Made by a program: the position numbers and the translations under genes
DNA from: an uncultured bacterium
GTDB taxonomy: Bacteria; CAIJMQ01
Assembly: GCA_964573245.1 (NCBI GenBank)
Contig: CAZNJA010000010.1
Location: 1 to 37,775 of the forward strand
Length of the DNA stretch: 37,775 bases
Reading direction: 5' to 3'
Shown: positions 1 to 8,424 of the stretch, one piece after another
How the letters are laid out: the number at the start of each line of letters is the position of its first letter
Numbering within the stretch: the stretch's first letter is position 1
Notes under the pieces: model-generated
What the model saw: only the letters and a program-made list of their open reading frames with translations
What the model was told of the DNA's origin: nothing
Database searches by the model: none

Positions 1-1
1 G

Positions 2-205
2 TTTCCTTTTTTATCCTATTTCTTTACTGCGGTGGTAAATTTTTTATTGTTTTTATTATTAAAAATAGCCGAAATAATGTCGTCGTGGCCTTTCATTTAT
101 AGCGAAGTCCCAAAGTTTAACCTGAGTATTGTTGCCCTCTACTATATCGTTTTAGCCGGGTTTTTATTCTATCCAAAATTAAAGGAATTTAAACATGCGT
201 CTTGA
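2..205 (+). CDS. 3' end of a membrane protein, likely ComEC/Rec2 competence-domain protein (partial, runs off window start)
   Basis: Open frame 2 reads FPFLSYFFTAVVNFLLFLLLKIAEIMSSWPFIYSEVPKFNLSIVALYYIVLAGFLFYPKLKEFKHAS*, resembling the last TM helices of ComEC; the stop overlaps the next ATG at 195. Not in the ORF track. Confidence 0.55.
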   Translation, partial: FPFLSYFFTAVVNFLLFLLLKIAEIMSSWPFIYSEVPKFNLSIVALYYIVLAGFLFYPKLKEFKHAS

Positions 206-1184
206 TAGAAAAGTTTTCCTGATATTGCCGATATGGCTTGTGTTATTGTTTTGTCCCATTTATCCGCAGGAGCAACCATCCTGTATTAAAACATTTTTTT
301 CACCCCCACAAGATTTAAATCGCGAACTTGCCCGAAATATTGATACTGCCCAAAAAAGCATCGACGGGTGTTTCTACGCAATGAATAGCGAAGAAGTGGC
401 TTATTCTTTAATAAAAGCACAGTTAAGAGGAGTAAACGTTCAAATTGTTATGGACGAGAGCAGATTATTCGAAGAGGATTCATTTTATCCGCAACTTAAA
501 AATTTTGGCATAGCAAAGAAAGATACTATAACAAAAGGGCTAATGCATAATAAGTTTTGCGTTATAGATGAAAAATTTGTCTGGACGGGCTCTTACAATC
601 CCAGTTCCCATGCTGTTTATACGAATAATGACGCGGTTGTGATCAAATCGGAAGAATTAGCCGAAATCTATCTGCGAGAATTTAGCTCACTCTGGGATAG
701 TCAGGCTATCGATGAAAAAAAGGAACTCAATAACAAAATAAAAATCGACGAGGATTTTGAAGCGGAAGTTTATTTTTCGCCTGAAGAAGGCGATGTTATA
801 TTACAAAGATTGAACAAAGTTTTGGAAGGAGCGAAAACCAGCATCTATTTCGCACAGTTTACCGTAACCCACCCCGATATTGCGGAGATTTTAATTAAAA
901 AGGCGAAAGGAGGGATAGAAGTGCAAGGTGTTATGGAATACGAACAAATCGGTTCGTATAGCCAGTATCCAAACTTCGAATTGGCGGGAATGAATATAAG
1001 AAAAGACAAAAATTATTGTTTTTCTTTCCACCACAAATTTTTCATTATTGACGGCAAAACGGTAATTACCGGCTCTCTAAATCCTACAAAATCGGCTTTT
1101 AGCAAAAATAGGGAAAACGTTCTCATAATCAACTCGACCAAAACTGCCCAAAAATATTTGGATTATTTTAAGAATATCAAATAA
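195..1184 (+). CDS. Phospholipase D-family nuclease-like protein (two HKD motifs), signal peptide
   Basis: HNKFCVID...WTGSYN and HHKFFIID...ITGSLN motifs; hydrophobic N-terminus. Confidence 0.9.
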   Translation: MRLDRKVFLILPIWLVLLFCPIYPQEQPSCIKTFFSPPQDLNRELARNIDTAQKSIDGCFYAMNSEEVAYSLIKAQLRGVNVQIVMDESRLFEEDSFYPQLKNFGIAKKDTITKGLMHNKFCVIDEKFVWTGSYNPSSHAVYTNNDAVVIKSEELAEIYLREFSSLWDSQAIDEKKELNNKIKIDEDFEAEVYFSPEEGDVILQRLNKVLEGAKTSIYFAQFTVTHPDIAEILIKKAKGGIEVQGVMEYEQIGSYSQYPNFELAGMNIRKDKNYCFSFHHKFFIIDGKTVITGSLNPTKSAFSKNRENVLIINSTKTAQKYLDYFKNIK

Positions 1185-1286
1185 AAAAGATTTACGTATT
1201 TAACAGCACGTTTCACATTACTAAATGTCTTTTTGTTTCCTCTGCCGCTAAAGCAGATTCTTGTTAGGCAAGCGAACTGAATTTTA

Positions 1287-1859
1287 TCACTTCTTGAACA
1301 GTTCCAACTGCGGTTTTTTGAAAAGTTTATAGTGTTTTAGGATTCTTAACAGTTCCAGAATATCGCTGTAATAATTTTTGTTGCTTTTTACGTTTTTTAT
1401 AATCCAAGAAAGCATTATCGGAAATGTTATAAGGTGGTCGATGCCTTTTGCCTTGAGAAGTTTTTCTGACTTGTCGCGCATTTCCTTGTTTACAGGAAGA
1501 TTTGAAATTACTAAAATTTTTTTAAAGCCATCGGTCTTTAAAATTTTTTTGGCTTCTTTTAAATTGTCAGGACTCAGGAAATCAATTAATCCTTCGTCTT
1601 TCTGTATTACCGAAGGATAAAATTTATCCGTATGCCAGGGTTCAATCCTTGCTATTGCATTATGCACCGATTTAACGGATTCGCCGTCTAATACAAATTC
1701 GCTTGACGGTTGAATTTGATTTGTGTTGAGATTGATAATAAAGAAATCCACGCCTCTTTTTGATTCTTTACCTTTTGGAATAAATTTGCGGTTGGCTTTT
1801 ACGACAAACCCCGACATTTCGAAAAATTCTCTTACCAGCGATTCGTTTATATTGCTCAT
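1287..1859 (-). CDS. Hypothetical protein, possible PD-(D/E)XK nuclease-like fold, C-terminal QLELF motif
   Basis: 190-aa ORF; ESLVREFFEMSGFVV...VDFF N-terminus resembles restriction-endonuclease-like folds. Confidence 0.7.
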   Translation of the reverse strand: MSNINESLVREFFEMSGFVVKANRKFIPKGKESKRGVDFFIINLNTNQIQPSSEFVLDGESVKSVHNAIARIEPWHTDKFYPSVIQKDEGLIDFLSPDNLKEAKKILKTDGFKKILVISNLPVNKEMRDKSEKLLKAKGIDHLITFPIMLSWIIKNVKSNKNYYSDILELLRILKHYKLFKKPQLELFKK

Positions 1860-1905
1860 TTTTTAACATTTTATCATACTTGCAGGTAACTTTTAACTTA
1901 AAGTT

Positions 1906-2784
1906 TCATTTACTCAAAATATCAATAAATACAGGTAAATGGTCACTATAAGTAGCCTTAAACTCCTCGGCAGTTTCTTTGTAATACTCCGGTTTGATTA
2001 CAAACCCCGACTTTTTTGTAAGTCTTTGCAACATTGAATTTGTAACATAGTGGTGGTCTAGGGCAGGGCCATCCAATCTTGTCGTGTTCCCGTTTATTTT
2101 AGGAATAAGATTAAGCACTCCGCCTTTATGGTACGTAATATGAGGATAACTATCCGGAGGTTCATTATTGAAATCGCCTAAAATAACAATATCATCTGTT
2201 TCATTTGGATCCTTTAACAGTTCCTTAACTCTGGTAAATAACCAGATACTTTCCTGCTTGCGGCTTTCTTCTTCAGCATAATGATGATGTACTCCGATTA
2301 CGCGGAACTTACTTGATTGGGGATATCCATTAGGCTTGAAAACGCCGCTTACGGGATATCGCTTATCCCATCCGGGGTAGATTGTATTAGGAGGATTTTT
2401 CGGCTTTATTAGGTGTTCTACCGATACCATTTCCACCTTTAAAACGTCGTATAGTAGGGCAGTTTGCCTATTATCGTGGTATATTTGCCAATTATCACCC
2501 AAATCTTTTTTTATAGCATCCAAAACAGACGGAACATTTATTTCCTGTAATGCTATTATACCCGCATCAAAGGTGAGAATACGCTCCGCAATTTTATGGA
2601 TTTGTTCAGAAGTCCTACGCGGGTCGCGCTCGCCGAGATGTTCGATGTTCCATGCTACAACACGAACATTTCCGCTTGGAGTAGGATAAGGAAAGGTTTC
2701 CGGGGTATTATTTGAACAGCCTGTAATCGCCATTACTGATATAAAAAACATAAATATAACACTGTATTTAAAAATCTGATCCAT
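1906..2784 (-). CDS. Endonuclease/exonuclease/phosphatase (EEP) family lipoprotein
   Basis: AWNIE, ALQEI, ILGDFN, LDH and SDHLPV motifs; lipobox ITGC. Confidence 0.9.
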   Translation of the reverse strand: MDQIFKYSVIFMFFISVMAITGCSNNTPETFPYPTPSGNVRVVAWNIEHLGERDPRRTSEQIHKIAERILTFDAGIIALQEINVPSVLDAIKKDLGDNWQIYHDNRQTALLYDVLKVEMVSVEHLIKPKNPPNTIYPGWDKRYPVSGVFKPNGYPQSSKFRVIGVHHHYAEEESRKQESIWLFTRVKELLKDPNETDDIVILGDFNNEPPDSYPHITYHKGGVLNLIPKINGNTTRLDGPALDHHYVTNSMLQRLTKKSGFVIKPEYYKETAEEFKATYSDHLPVFIDILSK

Positions 2785-2896
2785 AGTTAATTTTATATTT
2801 TATCATGCTCATAGACAACTTTTAATCAATTGAATTCATATAATTTCAAGCTAAATAGTATAATGAGAGAAATTAAAAGTTAGAAGGAGGTCTATC

Positions 2897-3808
2897 ATGC
2901 CACTAATTATTATTCTGATTATAGGTTATGCTTTATTTTTTTCTTTATTACTTTTTTACAAAAAAATCATAGAAGTATTCAAGAATACTAATAATCAATT
3001 TTCTCCTGTCAAATATGCTTTGATTGTTAGTGTAGGGATTGCCAGTTGGTTCATTGTATGGTCACTTATGGATTTGTTTAACCCTATGAACAACATTATT
3101 ATCGGTGGTTATGGTTTGTGTCTTTTGCTTTTGCCATCCATTGCAACTCTAGTAGGAGCTGGTGGATTCTTAGTTTCGTGGGCTTTAATCAGCCTTTTTT
3201 TTCTTTTTTCCCAGAAATATCGCTCCGCACTTCCCAAGAAAAAACTGGTTATTCATGTTATTTTGGCTATAGTAATCCTTAGTTTTGTATTCTTGCGTAC
3301 TTACCCATCTGTTTCTATTAAGTTGCTATTTCGAGAGATAGAATCTCCTCAAACCAGTCAAACTCATCTATCAGAGATTTATGCAAAGGCAATAAAGAAA
3401 GGTGACACAAGAATATTAGGGAAATTAGCAATAAATCCAAATCTATCCATTCAAATGTTGGAAGAGATTTATGCTTCTTTCCGACAATATCCAGTCAATG
3501 CCAAATACTACCCAATTTTTGTTTCTTTAGCTAAGAATAAAAATACTCCGGTTGAGATTCTTGAAGAGTTAGCTAAGAAACCGAGCGGAGATGTCAGACG
3601 TTATGTTGCAGGGAATCCGAATACATCAGGTGAGACTTTGGAAATGCTTGCTGACGATAAATCTTATGTAGTAAAAATTTATCTGGTGAAAAATCCAAAT
3701 ACAAGTCGTGATATTCTTCTTAAACTAAAATCCGACAGAAATGAAGAAGTTAAAAAAGCTGCCGATTTGGCTTGGAGTAGTAGAGGATTTGATAATAAAT
3801 CTGAGTAA
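2897..3808 (+). CDS. Membrane protein with C-terminal LRV/HEAT-like repeats
   Basis: About 4 TM helices, then repeats LAINPNLS, LAKNKNTP, VAGNPNTS, LVKNPNTS; AGGAGG RBS. Confidence 0.8.
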   Translation: MPLIIILIIGYALFFSLLLFYKKIIEVFKNTNNQFSPVKYALIVSVGIASWFIVWSLMDLFNPMNNIIIGGYGLCLLLLPSIATLVGAGGFLVSWALISLFFLFSQKYRSALPKKKLVIHVILAIVILSFVFLRTYPSVSIKLLFREIESPQTSQTHLSEIYAKAIKKGDTRILGKLAINPNLSIQMLEEIYASFRQYPVNAKYYPIFVSLAKNKNTPVEILEELAKKPSGDVRRYVAGNPNTSGETLEMLADDKSYVVKIYLVKNPNTSRDILLKLKSDRNEEVKKAADLAWSSRGFDNKSE

Positions 3809-3834
3809 AATATCTTTTATAGTATAATACCAAC

Positions 3835-4338
3835 ATGGAAAATTTATGGGCGCCGTGGAGAGGTGAATACGTAAAAAGCGTGAAAAAGATAAAAGGGTGT
3901 TTTCTTTGCCAAAGTTTAAAATTAAAGGATTCTTCTAAGAGTTTGATCCCTTATAAAGGGAAGTACTCTTTTATAATATTAAACAAATTCCCTTATAATA
4001 ACGGGCATATTTTGATATCCCCCGTCAGGCACATAAAGAATTTTGAGGATTTAAGCAATGAAGAAACAAATGAGATTTTCTCTCTTGCTAAAAGCATAAT
4101 TCCGGTGCTTAAAAAGGTATATCACCCGCAGGGGTTCAATGTCGGACTGAATCTGGGAGCATGCGCAGGAACAAGCGTGGCAAACCATATACACCTGCAT
4201 ATAGTTCCGCGCTGGGAAGGAGATACAAATTACATGCCCGTTATAGGAAAAACTAAAATCATCCCCGAATCTTTAGAAGAAAGTTGTAGAAAAATTAAAA
4301 GTGAAATGCAGAAGAGTTGGGATATAAAATCCAAATAA
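3835..4338 (+). CDS. HIT family hydrolase (Ap4A phosphorylase/FHIT-like)
   Basis: LWAPWR, CFLC, NKFPYNNGH and HIHLHIVPRW motifs. Confidence 0.93.
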   Translation: MENLWAPWRGEYVKSVKKIKGCFLCQSLKLKDSSKSLIPYKGKYSFIILNKFPYNNGHILISPVRHIKNFEDLSNEETNEIFSLAKSIIPVLKKVYHPQGFNVGLNLGACAGTSVANHIHLHIVPRWEGDTNYMPVIGKTKIIPESLEESCRKIKSEMQKSWDIKSK

Positions 4339-4367
4339 AAACGATTACACATCAAGGCTACATAAAT

Positions 4368-4399
4368 AAAACCCCCCACTATCTCTAGCGGGGGGTTTT
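4368..4399. terminator. Bidirectional intrinsic terminator between convergent HIT and LysM genes
   Basis: AAAACCCCCC(A)CTA-tctc-TAG(C)GGGGGGTTTT hairpin with A/T tails on both sides. Confidence 0.85.
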
Positions 4400-4427
4400 A
4401 CAATATTTCTTAAAGCAAATAGGACTT

Positions 4428-5039
4428 CTACTTTTTTACTTTTAACTGCGGAATCTGTAATTCTTGTCCTGCATATATAAGGTTAGGGTTTTTGATTGTA
4501 CTTTGATTAGCTCTGTAAATAAGGGGCCATTTGTTGGCATCGCCGTATTCTTTTCTGGCAATGCGCCAAAGTGAATCATTTTCCTGCACGATATAAGTTG
4601 TTCCGCCGAGTATCTCGAATTTTTCTTTATATGATGCAAGCTGTGATTCTATTTGCGATGAGTAATATTCAAGTTCTTCTCTTTGTTCCTTTTGAAACTG
4701 AACCATTTGCATAGACTGCGAAATTTCGTCTTTCAGCATTTGAAGTTCGCTTTCCGTAAGCATCTGCGGTGCCATAGCTGTTTCAGTCCTTCCCGTTCCA
4801 GGCGGTGTTCCTACTATATATCCTCCTGCCCCAACACCCTGATTTCCCCATATATCTTTATCCCCTGATTCATAAGTTCTGACTCTCCATCCAAAATATT
4901 CCAGTTTCGCTCTTATCGTAGTCATGAGTTCATCCAACACATTATCTTGTCCTCCGGATTCATCGGCAGCAAGGATAGGCATACATATAAAGACAGAAAC
5001 GCAAGCAACTAATAACATTTTAAAAACTTTATTACTCAT
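4428..5039 (-). CDS. Secreted LysM domain protein with coiled coil
   Basis: C-terminal YIVQENDSLWRIA...WPLIYRANQSTIKNPNLIYAGQELQIP; start reassigned to MSNKVF (5039) after a GGGAGGT RBS; signal peptide. Confidence 0.9.
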   Translation of the reverse strand: MSNKVFKMLLVACVSVFICMPILAADESGGQDNVLDELMTTIRAKLEYFGWRVRTYESGDKDIWGNQGVGAGGYIVGTPPGTGRTETAMAPQMLTESELQMLKDEISQSMQMVQFQKEQREELEYYSSQIESQLASYKEKFEILGGTTYIVQENDSLWRIARKEYGDANKWPLIYRANQSTIKNPNLIYAGQELQIPQLKVKK

Positions 5040-5111
5040 CTTTACCTCCCTTTCCATTAATTTCATGCCCCAGACAATTCGAATTTTACCTGCAGAAACA
5101 GATTTTTTCGT

Positions 5112-5139
5112 ATTATACATCTTTCGTTTGGCAAGTCAA
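5112..5139 (-). promoter_or_regulatory. Sigma70-like promoter for the LysM gene
   Basis: TTGACT-N16-TATAAT on the minus strand. Confidence 0.6.
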
Positions 5140-5166
5140 CAATGCGTAAGAATCCATAAAATATAG

Positions 5167-5196
5167 TTGACTAAATTAGATTTGAAATGGTATATT
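5167..5196 (+). promoter_or_regulatory. Sigma70-like promoter for the FmdB gene
   Basis: TTGACT-N18-TATATT with TG upstream of the -10 element. Confidence 0.55.
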
Positions 5197-5219
5197 CTCC
5201 TTTCGTTTTAGGAGAAAAA

Positions 5220-5480
5220 ATGCCCACTTATGAATATGAATGCGGAAGATGCGGACATAAATTCGAAGCGTTTCACAGCATGGTTGCGGAACCTCTGAAG
5301 AAGTGTCCAAAGTGTAGTGGAAAATTAAGACGATTAATAGGAAGCGGCGCAGGTGTGATATTTAAAGGGACAGGCTTTTATGCCACCGATTACAAGAAGA
5401 AGGTAAAAGAAGAAAAAAAAGAACCAAATTCAAAAGGTTGCCACACCTGCAATTCCAAAAATTGCCCTACCTGCAAGTAG
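5220..5480 (+). CDS. FmdB family zinc-ribbon protein
   Basis: MPTYEYECGRCGHKFE...CPKCSG...IFKGTGFYATDY; start at 5220 after an AGGAG RBS. Confidence 0.93.
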   Translation: MPTYEYECGRCGHKFEAFHSMVAEPLKKCPKCSGKLRRLIGSGAGVIFKGTGFYATDYKKKVKEEKKEPNSKGCHTCNSKNCPTCK

Positions 5481-5512
5481 ATTCTTAAGCAACATTCCAA
5501 AAAGCGCTGTTT

Positions 5513-6487
5513 TCAATAAAATAGGGGCAGGACTAATCTTCTGAATTTTTTCTTCTCAGTTCTTGGATTGGCAAGAGCTTTTTTAAAGGCAGCAATTTCC
5601 GACATAGCCTCTTTTTCTCCTTGTTTTATTATCTCTTCGGCTTTGGAGAAAGAGAACCAGTCCCATTCTCCGGTGTGGGGAGAAAACAGAAAATCCGCCA
5701 ATAAAGATTCTATACGTGCAAATTCCACCTCTTTTATTTCGTTTGTTCTTATCATTACATCTAATGCTTTTACCGGTTCTTTGTCGTTTAAATCGCCCGA
5801 AGATATCGCTATTACAAAATCAGCTCCCATCTTCTCCGCGGCAATAACAGGCATCCTGCTTAAAACACCCCCGTCCACCAAAAGTTTTCCGTCTTGTTTT
5901 ATAGGAGTAAAAACCCCAGGAATGCTTACGGAAGCAACCACTGCCCGTAAAAGTTCGCCCTTGTTAATGATAACTCTTTTGCCCTTCTTTATGTCTGTGG
6001 CTACGCAGGAAAATGGAATGTTTGCCTGGGAGAAAGTCAGTTCGGGAGATATAAGTTTGCTCAAGCCCTCAATCATAGTTTGTTCATTCCACATTGCTTC
6101 TTTGAATAAGTTAACAAGATAAAAACCTAAATCTCTCATAAATTCCCCGATTTTATTTATGCTCTCTGCTTCTGAAGTGAATGTTTTCTCTATCTCTTTT
6201 ATCTGTTTAAATTGGCAAAAATCGAGGATTATGTGTTCAATTTTTTCTACGGAAACACCCGTGGAAAAAAGCGCTCCCACAATTGCACCCATGCTGCATC
6301 CGACTATCATATCTATCGGGATTTTCTCTTTTTCCAGAACTTTTAAAACACCTATTTGGCACAAAGATCTTGCCCCGCCACCGGCAAGGACAAGAGCTGT
6401 TTTTTTATGAGGTAGCACGTGGATGGGTTTGACTCTTTGTATTCTTGATTTGATGCTATTCCAGCGAGATTGGTTTGTTTTATTCAT
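5513..6487 (-). CDS. Patatin-like phospholipase
   Basis: GGGAR glycine loop, GCSMG nucleophile elbow and DGG motif. Confidence 0.92.
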   Translation of the reverse strand: MNKTNQSRWNSIKSRIQRVKPIHVLPHKKTALVLAGGGARSLCQIGVLKVLEKEKIPIDMIVGCSMGAIVGALFSTGVSVEKIEHIILDFCQFKQIKEIEKTFTSEAESINKIGEFMRDLGFYLVNLFKEAMWNEQTMIEGLSKLISPELTFSQANIPFSCVATDIKKGKRVIINKGELLRAVVASVSIPGVFTPIKQDGKLLVDGGVLSRMPVIAAEKMGADFVIAISSGDLNDKEPVKALDVMIRTNEIKEVEFARIESLLADFLFSPHTGEWDWFSFSKAEEIIKQGEKEAMSEIAAFKKALANPRTEKKKFRRLVLPLFY

Positions 6488-7751
6488 ATCTTAACGCTTC
6501 TATCGGGTCAAGCAAAGCTGCTTTTCTGGCGGGATAAATCCCAAAAGTAACTCCCACTGCAACCGATATAATAAAAGCCAAAAGAACTGACCACAGAGTA
6601 ATTATTGTTATCATGCCCGCGAATTTGGAAACTATTGCCGGAATTACAATACCAACAGCCACGCCGATGAAACCTCCCGTAGCCGAGAGAATTACCGCTT
6701 CGGTAACGAATTGATAGATAATATCTCTTTGTTTTGCGCCTAGTGCTCTACGTATTCCTATCTCTTTAGTTCTTTCCGTAACCGTGGCAAGCATGATGTT
6801 CATAATACCTATGCCACCCACAACCAATGAAATTGCGGCAATTGAGCCCAAAACAATGCTGAAAATTCTTTTCCTATGTTCTTCCTGTTGTATCAATTCC
6901 AAAGGGACAAGAATTTCATAGTCCGGATTTTTATGAGCCGATTCCAGAATCTGGTTTATCAATGCTGAGGTTGGCATAATTTTATTAGTATCATTGACTT
7001 TTACCACGAAGCTATGAAATCTTACCCAGCTTGCCTGTCTGCTTCTCATCTTTACATCAAACTCCCCAAAATAGACTCTTGCTGTGCTTAAAGGGATATA
7101 GGCATCAAAGTTGATATCTTCTGCTTCAAAGGTCCCCGTCCCTTGCGAAAAAAGTTTTGCCTCCGCTACCCCAATAACGGTGAAATAATTACTCTTTATT
7201 TTTATTTTTTCGCCAATAGGGTCCACTGTGGGGAAAAGAATGTTCTTTATTGAAGAACCTATGACTACCACTGGCTTGCTCATGTCCATATCGACTTCAT
7301 TAATGAATCTTCCCCCGTCTCTGACTCTAATATTGGTAGTTTGAGCATAGTCAGGGGTTGTCCCGACAACTCTTCCGGGTGTGCTTTTAGCAAGATGCCA
7401 AATCTCTTCTTTGGTTTCCCATGTAGGGACAATAATCTCTACGGAAGGAATTGAGGAAATCTTTGTGAAATCCGCGGGAACAAGGCCGTAAACATCAAGA
7501 AACGAAGTTGTTTGAGTAGTAGCTTCTCGTGGCGGTTTTACACTTCTAATAATTATGTTGTCGCTTCCGAGTTCTTTGATTTTTTCTCTTGCTTCAAAGC
7601 TTGCGCCTTCGCCGATAGCAAGCATGGCTATAACGGAAGCAACTCCGAAAACAATTCCGAGCATAGTAAGAAAAGAACGGAGTTTATGAAGCCACAGGTT
7701 CTTCGCGCCAAACCTTATTATTCTTGTAATGTGAAGGACATTAATTTTCAT
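6480..7751 (-). CDS. MacB/FtsX-type ABC transporter permease
   Basis: RSFLTMLGIVFGVASV, GGIGIMNIMLATVTERTKEIGIRRALGA and PARKAALLDPIEALRYE motifs. Confidence 0.95.
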   Translation of the reverse strand: MKINVLHITRIIRFGAKNLWLHKLRSFLTMLGIVFGVASVIAMLAIGEGASFEAREKIKELGSDNIIIRSVKPPREATTQTTSFLDVYGLVPADFTKISSIPSVEIIVPTWETKEEIWHLAKSTPGRVVGTTPDYAQTTNIRVRDGGRFINEVDMDMSKPVVVIGSSIKNILFPTVDPIGEKIKIKSNYFTVIGVAEAKLFSQGTGTFEAEDINFDAYIPLSTARVYFGEFDVKMRSRQASWVRFHSFVVKVNDTNKIMPTSALINQILESAHKNPDYEILVPLELIQQEEHRKRIFSIVLGSIAAISLVVGGIGIMNIMLATVTERTKEIGIRRALGAKQRDIIYQFVTEAVILSATGGFIGVAVGIVIPAIVSKFAGMITIITLWSVLLAFIISVAVGVTFGIYPARKAALLDPIEALRYE

Positions 7752-8424
7752 TTACAGTCTTCCCGTCAAGCAGGCGAACTACTCTTTTTGAATAGTTCGC
7801 TATTTTGGGGTCATGAGTTATTACGACAAGGGTTTTCCCTTCTTCTTCGTTTAGTTTAATGAGAAGATTCATAATCTCCTCGCCGGTTTTACTGTCAAGA
7901 TTGCCGGTCGGCTCGTCAGCTAAGATCAAAACAGGTTCGTTTATTAAAGCTCTTGCGATTGCAACCCTCTGTCGTTCACCCCCTGACAGTTCCGAAGGTC
8001 TATGTCTAATACGCTCTCCCAAGCCTACTAGCTCTGCCAATTTTAACGCCTTCTCTTTAATAATACTTTCTTCAACTCCTTGATAAAAAAGCGGGATGCC
8101 TATATTTTCCAAAACGGAAAGTTGCGGGATGAGATTGAACACCTGGAAAACAAAACCTATTTTGCGGCTGCGAATTTCAGAAAGTTCATCATCCGAAAGA
8201 GAAGAAATCTTTCTTTCTTCCATGAGGTATTCTCCTTCCGTAGGTCTATCAAGACAACCGAGAATATTCAGCATGGTTGTTTTGCCGCTTCCCGAAGGTC
8301 CCATAATTGACAAATGCTCGCCTGTTTTTATACAGAGATTAATTCCTTTGAGAACGGGAACATCTACCAAACCAAGTTTGTAAGCCTTCCAAATGTTGAC
8401 AAGGTTTATTATTTCCTTATTCAT
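7741..8424 (-). CDS. ABC transporter ATP-binding protein (LolD/MacB-like)
   Basis: GPSGSGKT, LSGGERQRVAIARAL and ILADEPTGNLD motifs; probable start MNKEIIN (8424) overlaps the upstream stop. Confidence 0.95.
   Translation of the reverse strand: MNKEIINLVNIWKAYKLGLVDVPVLKGINLCIKTGEHLSIMGPSGSGKTTMLNILGCLDRPTEGEYLMEERKISSLSDDELSEIRSRKIGFVFQVFNLIPQLSVLENIGIPLFYQGVEESIIKEKALKLAELVGLGERIRHRPSELSGGERQRVAIARALINEPVLILADEPTGNLDSKTGEEIMNLLIKLNEEEGKTLVVITHDPKIANYSKRVVRLLDGKTVNEN

Noticed and set aside
1198-1269. attC-like site (ATTTAAC...GTTAGGC)
   Set aside because: The inner L boxes are not complementary, and there is no integron integrase or second site.
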